From: Peptococcaceae bacterium UBA6096
Lineage (GTDB): Bacteria > Bacillota > Peptococcia > DRI-13 > UBA5745
Length of the DNA: 64,000 nucleotides
NCBI GenBank assembly: GCA_002435905.1
Contig: DIWW01000002.1
Span: forward strand, 26,141 to 90,140
Reading direction: 5' to 3'
A program made the translations under genes and the position numbers. Position 1 is the stretch's first letter. Each line of letters begins with the position of its first letter. The notes under the pieces were generated by a model. That model saw only the letters and a program-made list of their open reading frames with translations. It did not search any database and was not told where the DNA came from. Positions 57,586-64,000 of this stretch are shown here, piece after piece.

Positions 57586-58665
57586 ATGTCGGAAACTAAG
57601 CAAACCAGCAAGTTCTCTCAATTCCTAAAAAGGAAAGATATCGTTTTCTCGGCCAAGAGATACGGTATCGATGCCCTTGGCGCCATGGCATTAGGTCTTT
57701 TTTCATCTTTATTGATCGGTACCATCATGAAAACCTTGGGAACCATCACGGGGATCGCAGTATTGAATGAAATTGGTGCTTACGCTGCGGCCGGTACCGG
57801 TGCTGCTATGGCTGTAGCCATCGGCTGGGCTTTGAAATCTCCCCCGTTTGTTTTATTCTCATTGGTTGCGGTTGGCGGCGCGGCAAATGCCTTGGGCGGA
57901 GCCGGCGGACCTTTATCCGTCTTGGTCATTGCCTGTATTGCTGCTGAATTTGGTAAGGCCGTTTCAAAAGAAACCAAGATCGATCTCCTAGTGACACCCT
58001 TCGTTACGATCACGGTCGGCGTTTTGTTATCCATGTGGTTGGCACCCCCTATTGGGGCCGCTGCCAGCGCAACGGGTCAGCTGATCATGTGGGCAACGGA
58101 ACAACAGCCTTTCATCATGGGCGTTCTGGTTGCTACGATCGTTGGTATCGCATTGACGCTGCCCATCAGTTCTGCCGCCATCTGCGCGGCTTTGGGACTG
58201 GTCGGTTTAGCCGGCGGCGCCGCAGTTGCTGGTTGCTGCGCGCAAATGGTGGGCTTCGCAGTCATGAGTTTCCCCGAAAACAAATGGGGTGGTTTGGCAG
58301 CCCAAGGCATTGGTACCTCCATGCTGCAGGTGCCTAACATTGTTAAGAACCCCAAAATCTGGATTCCGCCCACGCTGGCGGGAGCCATTACCGGACCCAT
58401 CGCTACCATGGTTTTCAAATTGCAAATGAATGGCGCGCCGGTTTCCTCCGGCATGGGCACTTGCGGTTTTGTCGGTCAGATTGGTGTCTACTCAGGTTGG
58501 GTCGCTGACATCGCCGCAGGAACAAAAGCCGCTATCACCGGCATGGATTGGCTGGGGTTGCTTTTAATTTGCTTTATTCTCCCAGCCGCACTGACTTGGC
58601 TTTTTGCCATACCTTTACGTAAGAACGGTTGGATCAAAGAAGGTGATCTTAAGCTGGATCTGTAA
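57586..58665 (+). CDS. PTS-EIIC-like integral membrane permease (stand-alone, no EIIA/EIIB nearby)
   Basis: 359 aa, Gly/Ala-rich with ~10 TM segments. Resembles the PTS_EIIC_2-type family (assignment from memory). RBS AAGGAGGG. Confidence 0.65.
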   Translation: MSETKQTSKFSQFLKRKDIVFSAKRYGIDALGAMALGLFSSLLIGTIMKTLGTITGIAVLNEIGAYAAAGTGAAMAVAIGWALKSPPFVLFSLVAVGGAANALGGAGGPLSVLVIACIAAEFGKAVSKETKIDLLVTPFVTITVGVLLSMWLAPPIGAAASATGQLIMWATEQQPFIMGVLVATIVGIALTLPISSAAICAALGLVGLAGGAAVAGCCAQMVGFAVMSFPENKWGGLAAQGIGTSMLQVPNIVKNPKIWIPPTLAGAITGPIATMVFKLQMNGAPVSSGMGTCGFVGQIGVYSGWVADIAAGTKAAITGMDWLGLLLICFILPAALTWLFAIPLRKNGWIKEGDLKLDL

Positions 58666-58708
58666 ATCTAATTCAGCATTTGTGCAACGAAGAGAATGTA
58701 TTTAATTG

Positions 58709-58749
58709 GCAAGCGTCCGGCTCCGATAGGGCAGGCGCCGGACGCTTGC
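58709..58749 (+). other. 13-bp GC-rich hairpin between the permease gene and dmdA
   Basis: GCAAGCGTCCGGC-15 nt-GCCGGACGCTTGC. No U tract follows. Confidence 0.6.
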
Positions 58750-58775
58750 AATTCTAAGCAGAAAGGTGCAAACCT

Positions 58776-59963
58776 ATGAATCTTATCGAAAAATATCTAG
58801 CCATCGCCGCGGGAGAAGAGGAAGTCAGACCAGGTATGGATATCCGCTGCGACATCAGTTATGTGGCAGCGCATGACGTAACCGCACCGATCGCGATCCG
58901 GCAATTTGAGGAAATCGGTGTTGACTCGGTTTTTGATCCGGAGAAGGTCTTGCTGATCGTAGACCATATTTATCCCGCTGCGACCGAAAAGGCCCGCAAA
59001 AGTGTTTGGGAAATGGACGATTTCGCAAAAAAATATGGCGTCAAGCTCTATAAAAGCGGCCAAGGTGTGATCCATCAACTTATGTACGAAAACCATCAGG
59101 CGAAACCCGGCGAGATCATTGTCATTGCGGATTCTCATACCTGTACATGCGGTGGTTACGGTGTGATCGGCATTGGCGTCGGCTCCACAGAGGCCGCTGC
59201 TGCCATGGCCACTGGAAAATTGGACTTGGAAGTTCCTCAAGTGGTTCAAATTTATCTGACCGGAAAATTGAAATCAAATGTGTTCGGCAAAGATTTTATT
59301 CTTCATTTGGGGGAAATCTTCGGCACGGACTATTTAACGGATAAAGGACTGATCATCAGCGGCCCCGGCATCGACTGTTTTTCAACGGAAGAGCGTATGA
59401 CTGTCTGCAATATGGGGACCGAGCTGGGCAGCATGATCACATTGTTCGGCACCCATGCCCGGGAAACGGATGTGGAGGAAACGCGGGAAATCGACTTGTC
59501 TTTATTGGAACCCAAAATTGCCAAGCCCTATTCTCCGGTCAATGTTTCCGATGTGAAAGCAATGGAAGGGTTGCCGGTGACCCAGGTGGTGGTCGGCAGC
59601 TGCACCAATGGCCGGCTGAATGATATGGAACAGGTGGTTCGGCAGCTCCGCAGCCATCCGGTGCATCCGGATGTGAACATGCTGGTGGTGCCGTCTTCAA
59701 AAACAGTTTTAGAAGCCATGGAACAAAAAGGCTGGTGCAAGATCATCCGGGATGCCGGCGCCACGATTCTGAATCCGGGCTGCGGCCCTTGCTTTGGCGC
59801 GCATGAGGGACTGGTCAGTGAACGGGACGTGGTGGTTTCCACCACCAACCGCAATTTTCCCGGCAGAATGGGCAGCATCAAGGGGCAGATCTATCTTGCT
59901 TCACCGGCAACAGCCGCCGCCAGCGCGGTGGCGGGAAAAATCATGGTTCCCGCTGAACAATAA
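58776..59963 (+). CDS. dmdA: Dimethylmaleate hydratase large subunit (aconitase/LeuC-like)
   Basis: Aconitase-family Fe-S ligand regions ADSHTC, GSCTNGR and NPGCGPCFG. Paired with a LeuD-like gene inside the nicotinate cluster. Confidence 0.8.
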   Translation: MNLIEKYLAIAAGEEEVRPGMDIRCDISYVAAHDVTAPIAIRQFEEIGVDSVFDPEKVLLIVDHIYPAATEKARKSVWEMDDFAKKYGVKLYKSGQGVIHQLMYENHQAKPGEIIVIADSHTCTCGGYGVIGIGVGSTEAAAAMATGKLDLEVPQVVQIYLTGKLKSNVFGKDFILHLGEIFGTDYLTDKGLIISGPGIDCFSTEERMTVCNMGTELGSMITLFGTHARETDVEETREIDLSLLEPKIAKPYSPVNVSDVKAMEGLPVTQVVVGSCTNGRLNDMEQVVRQLRSHPVHPDVNMLVVPSSKTVLEAMEQKGWCKIIRDAGATILNPGCGPCFGAHEGLVSERDVVVSTTNRNFPGRMGSIKGQIYLASPATAAASAVAGKIMVPAEQ

Positions 59964-59975
59964 GGAGGACGTTGT

Positions 59976-60473
59976 ATGGATAAAATCAAAGGCAGGGTTT
60001 TTGTGCTTGGCGATGATGTGGATACGGATCAGATCTTGCCCGGCTACGCCATGGCAGAACCCTTTGAGCAATTAGGCACATACGCCATGGCCGGCGCTCC
60101 CGGTCTGGATTTTGCCAAAAGGGTCCAAAAAGGCGATATTTTGGTGGCAGGCCGCAATTTCGGCTGCGGATCCTCCAGGGAGCAGGCGCCCCATGCTTTG
60201 AAAATGGCGGGGGTCAGTCTGGTGGTGGCAAAATCCTTTGCCAGGATATTCCGCAGAAACGCCATCAACATCGGTCTGCCGGTTTATGCTGCAGACCTTT
60301 CTGACCAATTGAAGGATGGGGATATCATTGAAGCGGACCTGGTCCTTGGCGAAGTCAGGCTGCCGGCCGGCATGGTCAAAGCGGTCCCTATGTCGGAGAA
60401 CGTTCTGAAAACTTTAGAATATGGCGGCCTGATTCCCAGAATACGGGCAGAGCTGCGCAAGGAGAAAGGATAA
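59976..60473 (+). CDS. dmdB: Dimethylmaleate hydratase small subunit (LeuD-like swivel domain)
   Basis: 165 aa with a [14 protein letters not shown] motif. Confidence 0.8.
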   Translation: MDKIKGRVFVLGDDVDTDQILPGYAMAEPFEQLGTYAMAGAPGLDFAKRVQKGDILVAGRNFGCGSSREQAPHALKMAGVSLVVAKSFARIFRRNAINIGLPVYAADLSDQLKDGDIIEADLVLGEVRLPAGMVKAVPMSENVLKTLEYGGLIPRIRAELRKEKG

Positions 60474-60478
60474 ACGAT

Positions 60479-62320
60479 ATGCAGGAGAAAACCAAGAGAA
60501 TCATTCAAGAGGATATTGAAAGCGTCAGAGCCTATGCCGACGCATTTCAGGTAGAGATGCCGGATCTGGACGAAAAAGGCGAAGTTGTGGGACTGCCCGC
60601 GCCCTATCCCCGTGAAGTTGCCGGTGTGGTGCGCAGCGGCTATCGGATTTATGAATTGGCACAGCTTGCAGAAAAGCGCGGATATCCAGTCCAGAACCCG
60701 ATCCTGGGCAGAAATACAGCGGAGGAAACCTACAAGGAATCCCAGAATATGTATGCCTACGCGGAAAAGTTCGATGAGACACTTTTTCACTTTGTCCACT
60801 CTGAAGCGACACGGCATATCGATCCCTTGAAGGGGCGGGAGCTGATCGACCAGTCCCGTGGCAAAGGCGGCATTACGCCTGTGGGCGAACGGGAATTCAT
60901 TCAGATGGGCGGCGGCTCCAAGCATCCGGTCCGCATCAATGCCACCGGTGACACACCCCATCTGTCCATCATCAATGCCCTCATTGCAGGCTTTGACGGC
61001 ACCGATATCGGGCCGGTCATCCATGTGCATTTTGGCGGCCGCGGCATCCATGACTATAAGACCAAGGTGGTCAACGGTTACAAGGCGCTGCAGGTTTGCG
61101 CAGACAATAACATCTTTGTGCAATTAGATTCCCATAAGCACATCAATAATATCGGCGGCACCGACGGCATGGCTTTGGCCATGTGTCTGCTGGCCGAAGG
61201 TTTGGCAGTCCATGCGGAATTACCTGCGGAACTAAGCGCCATTCAGATGAACATTGCCGGAATCAACCTGTTTGCGGATTTGGCAGTGATGCGCGCTTTT
61301 AAAGAATCCATGTGGAGCAAATCTCTGATCGTGGTGCCTGAAACCTTCCAGAACCCGCCGGCTGATTTGATTGCAGAAGCTGCACACTTTGCGCGGATGG
61401 CGGTCAATGCCAAATTGGGCGGCGCCCATTTCTACCGGCCGAAAGCCGCTGAATCTGTAGGGATTCCCACCGGGGATTCCATGGGTCGTGCCATCTGGGG
61501 GACCGAAAACGTTTTCCAAAGCGTTTACAAGATCGATCTTCAGCATCCTGCCATCGATCAGCGTAAACAGGAAATCATCGATGAAGCCCTGGCGGTTCTG
61601 GAAGCAGCCCTGCATGTGAAGGGTCTGACCATGGATCAGATCAAGCCTGAGTTTTGGAAACAGTGGACGGATCTTGAACTGATCGAGATGATCGTAACTG
61701 CCGGCAAGAGCGGCGTTCTGGATACTCAGAGAGCCGCCGGATGGGATTTGAAACGTTATGTGAAAGTCCATCGGGACCAGGACGGCATCACCCGTTATGT
61801 GAAGGGCTTTACACCGCTGGGTGTGGATGCCGCCAGAATGGTGGTCAGTCAGGAAAATGTGAAGGTTGAAGTAATGGCACCCCCCACGCATAAAGAAAAA
61901 GTGGTTTTGGCCACTGTCGGGGCCGATGCCCATGTTAACGGCATCAACGTGATCCGCGAGGCCTTCCAGAGAGCCGGCTATGAAGTAATTTATCTGCGGG
62001 GTATGAACTTGCCTGAAACGGTGGCCGAAGTGGCGGCGGAAGCCAATGCCTCAGCGGTTGGCATCAACAATCTGCTGGGCATGGGCATCGCGCTCTTCCC
62101 CAGAGTCGGGAAACGTCTGGAAGAACTGGGACTTCGGGATAAAATCGTGGTCTTCGCCGGCGGCCGTATCGCCGAGAAGGAAGAAGAACATGCTTTTTTT
62201 GAAGATAAAATAAAAAATGAAGGCATTGGATTCCTTGGTGCGGACGCTTTCTACGGCCCTGGAACCGATCCGGATCAATGCGCGTCTGAAATCAGCGCAG
62301 CCATGGAAGCCAAAAAATAA
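60479..62320 (+). CDS. mgm: Coenzyme-B12-dependent 2-methyleneglutarate mutase
   Basis: 613 aa. The C-terminal cobalamin-binding domain has a DxHxxG motif (GADAHVNG) and a later GG (VVFAGGRI). It is followed by the isomerase gene. Confidence 0.8.
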   Translation: MQEKTKRIIQEDIESVRAYADAFQVEMPDLDEKGEVVGLPAPYPREVAGVVRSGYRIYELAQLAEKRGYPVQNPILGRNTAEETYKESQNMYAYAEKFDETLFHFVHSEATRHIDPLKGRELIDQSRGKGGITPVGEREFIQMGGGSKHPVRINATGDTPHLSIINALIAGFDGTDIGPVIHVHFGGRGIHDYKTKVVNGYKALQVCADNNIFVQLDSHKHINNIGGTDGMALAMCLLAEGLAVHAELPAELSAIQMNIAGINLFADLAVMRAFKESMWSKSLIVVPETFQNPPADLIAEAAHFARMAVNAKLGGAHFYRPKAAESVGIPTGDSMGRAIWGTENVFQSVYKIDLQHPAIDQRKQEIIDEALAVLEAALHVKGLTMDQIKPEFWKQWTDLELIEMIVTAGKSGVLDTQRAAGWDLKRYVKVHRDQDGITRYVKGFTPLGVDAARMVVSQENVKVEVMAPPTHKEKVVLATVGADAHVNGINVIREAFQRAGYEVIYLRGMNLPETVAEVAAEANASAVGINNLLGMGIALFPRVGKRLEELGLRDKIVVFAGGRIAEKEEEHAFFEDKIKNEGIGFLGADAFYGPGTDPDQCASEISAAMEAKK

Positions 62321-62347
62321 CAAAGACATCGAATGGAGGTATTGGTT

Positions 62348-63496
62348 ATGAGCGATTTGTTTCGAGTTCCCTGCGTGGTCATGCGGGGCGGTACCAGCAG
62401 GGCCGTCTTTATTAAAGAAAACGATCTGCCTGCGGACAAAACACTGAGGGATCAGACGATCCTATCCATCTTCGGCAGCCCGGATGTGCGTCAGATCGAC
62501 GGCATCGCCGGCGCCGATCCACTGACCAGCAAGCTGGCCATCATTGGTCCCCCCAGCCGGCCGGATGCGGATGTGGATTACACCTTCGGTCAAGTCAGCA
62601 TCACCGACGCTTATATCGATTACAGCGGCAACTGCGGCAACATTTCCTCGGGCGTTGGTCCTTTTGCGATCGACGAATCCATGGTCCGAGCCACCGAACC
62701 AGTCACCATGGTACGTATCCATAACACCAACACCGGCAAAATGCTTTATGCGGAAGTTGAAGTCAAAGACGGCAAAGCCCGTGTGACCGGCGACTGCAAA
62801 ATCGACGGCGTGCCCGGCACCGCTTCGCCCATCCTGATGGACTTTGCGTCCACGGCAGGATCTTCCACCGGAAAACTCCTGCCCACCGGCAATGTGGTGG
62901 ATGTGATCGAAACCAGCAAAGGACCCATTGAAGTGTCCATGGTGGATGTTTCAAATCCCTGCGTTTTCGTGAGAGCCAGCTCCGTCAACATGAAAGGCAC
63001 TGAAACCCCTGCGGAGATCAACGGGGATCCTGAACTTCTGGCCTTGCTGGAAGAACTGCGGGCCAAATGCTGCGTCATCATGGGTAAAGCCGCAACTGTG
63101 GAAGAAGCAACCAAAAAATCCCCGGCCTTCCCGATGATCGCTTTTGTCACCGAAGCCCATGATTATGTAGATTTCACCTCCGGCAACACCATTGGCAAAG
63201 ACAAGGTGGATTTCGTTTCCCGCATGATGTTTATGCAGGTGCTGCATAAAACCTATCCCGGAACGGGAACGGCTTGCACTGGCGCCGCCGCAAAAATCAA
63301 GGGGACCATCGTCAATCAGGTGATTCCGCACATTGATTCAATATCCACCATTCGGATCGGTCATCCCGCCGGTGTTCTGCCCGTTGTGGCCGATGTTCAG
63401 GACGGCGTCGTCAAAAAGGCCGCATTCCAGAGAACCGCACGAAGGATCATGGATGGTTATGCGTATGTTGAAACCGCCAAAATCTATGGAAAATAA
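62348..63496 (+). CDS. mii: 3-methylitaconate delta-isomerase (PrpF family)
   Basis: VPCVVMRGGTSRAVF and GNCGN motifs of the PrpF/Mii fold. RBS GGAGG. Confidence 0.8.
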   Translation: MSDLFRVPCVVMRGGTSRAVFIKENDLPADKTLRDQTILSIFGSPDVRQIDGIAGADPLTSKLAIIGPPSRPDADVDYTFGQVSITDAYIDYSGNCGNISSGVGPFAIDESMVRATEPVTMVRIHNTNTGKMLYAEVEVKDGKARVTGDCKIDGVPGTASPILMDFASTAGSSTGKLLPTGNVVDVIETSKGPIEVSMVDVSNPCVFVRASSVNMKGTETPAEINGDPELLALLEELRAKCCVIMGKAATVEEATKKSPAFPMIAFVTEAHDYVDFTSGNTIGKDKVDFVSRMMFMQVLHKTYPGTGTACTGAAAKIKGTIVNQVIPHIDSISTIRIGHPAGVLPVVADVQDGVVKKAAFQRTARRIMDGYAYVETAKIYGK

Positions 63497-64000
63497 AGAT
63501 CTGACCGCAAACATCCTGGTCTACGACGTGGGGAGCACCTATACCAAGGCTGCTGCGTTCCGTCTTGAGGATGACCAGCTCCATTTTCTGGGGCGGGGCC
63601 AGTCGCCGACCACCCTGCAGGATGTGATGATCGGTGCAGACCTGGCTCGCCGGCAAACCGAAGGGGAATGGGGCGTCCGGTTTACGGAGGATCTCCGATC
63701 CTATGCGACCTGCAGCGCCGCCGGTGGTTTGCGGATGGTGGCCCTGGGTTATATGCCTAGAGTCACGGCTAAGGCAGCGAAGGAAGTTGCCATGACCGCC
63801 GGCGCCAGAGTCATGGAAGTGGTGTCCTTTGACGAGCCCCTGGAATATCGTGAAGAGGTGCTCCGGGAAATCCGCCCGGATATCATACTTCTGGCCGGCG
63901 GCACGGATGGGGGAGACCGGGAATCGGTTCTGGAAAATGCCAGGATCATCGCGAAGATCCGTAGCCGGGCTAAGGTGATCATCGCCTGCAACCGGGACGC
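63486..64000 (+). CDS. MutL/GlmL-like protein (glutamate-mutase accessory/reactivase family), 3'-truncated by window end
   Basis: Not in the ORF track because it has no stop in the window. My translation from ATG 63486 reads MENKDLTANILVYDVGSTYTKAAAFRL...LLAGGTDGGD, an actin-like ATPase pattern typical of GlmL/MutL. It overlaps the mii stop by 11 nt. Confidence 0.7.
   Translation, partial: MENKDLTANILVYDVGSTYTKAAAFRLEDDQLHFLGRGQSPTTLQDVMIGADLARRQTEGEWGVRFTEDLRSYATCSAAGGLRMVALGYMPRVTAKAAKEVAMTAGARVMEVVSFDEPLEYREEVLREIRPDIILLAGGTDGGDRESVLENARIIAKIRSRAKVIIACNRD

Noticed and set aside
60284-61123. 279-aa minus-strand ORF, and a 233-aa one at 61232..61933, inside mgm.
   Set aside because: Both are fully antisense to a CDS with clear B12-mutase motifs and a good RBS. 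Their products are low-complexity, Arg/Gly/His-rich translations typical of antisense frames, and no RBS is present.
1-64000. Looked for CRISPR arrays, IS elements or transposases, integrases, prophage genes, toxin-antitoxin pairs and recognisable defence-system ATPases or nucleases.
   Set aside because: None found. The only DNA-level tandem repeat is the coding 54-bp repeat at 40408-40623, and no ORF shows DDE/tyrosine-recombinase or Cas-like motifs.

Overview
This window looks like chromosomal DNA from a Firmicutes/Clostridia anaerobe. The signs are Gram-positive RBSs, SLH and copper-amine-oxidase-like cell-wall domains, a sigma-54 activator and rho-independent terminators. I found no rRNA, tRNA, CRISPR array, transposase or integrase. 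The first ~46 kb holds mixed housekeeping and accessory genes: a MOCOS-like NifS protein, a heterodimeric ABC exporter, pirin, two 5'-nucleotidases, and a five-repeat surface protein. It also holds an MCP, MntP behind a yybP-ykoY (Mn2+) riboswitch, MsrAB, a CLC-F type channel, an acyl-CoA ligase, a serpin lipoprotein, and queT-queF behind a preQ1-I riboswitch. The most coherent system is at ~46.6-64 kb and runs off the right edge. It is a gene cluster matching the Eubacterium barkeri-type nicotinate fermentation pathway. It encodes enamidase, 6-hydroxynicotinate reductase, 2-(hydroxymethyl)glutarate dehydrogenase and nicotinate dehydrogenase NdhF/S/L/M with the characteristic split molybdopterin subunit. 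It also encodes dimethylmaleate hydratase DmdAB, B12-dependent 2-methyleneglutarate mutase, 3-methylitaconate isomerase and a MutL/GlmL-like protein. A sigma-54 enhancer-binding protein precedes the cluster, and a near-consensus -24/-12 promoter lies in front of the first catabolic gene. The less-described parts are two uncharacterised genes (UPF0280/ApbE-like and AA_synth family) between hnr and hgd, an orphan PTS-EIIC-like permease, and strong U-tract-less hairpins that split the cluster into modules. A promoter-overlapping motif (ATCAGAAWATT) resembling the CodY box recurs at about 10 sites across the window, one of them upstream of the nicotinate operon. All functional calls rest on motifs read by eye from the ORF translations and on gene context. 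No database search was run.
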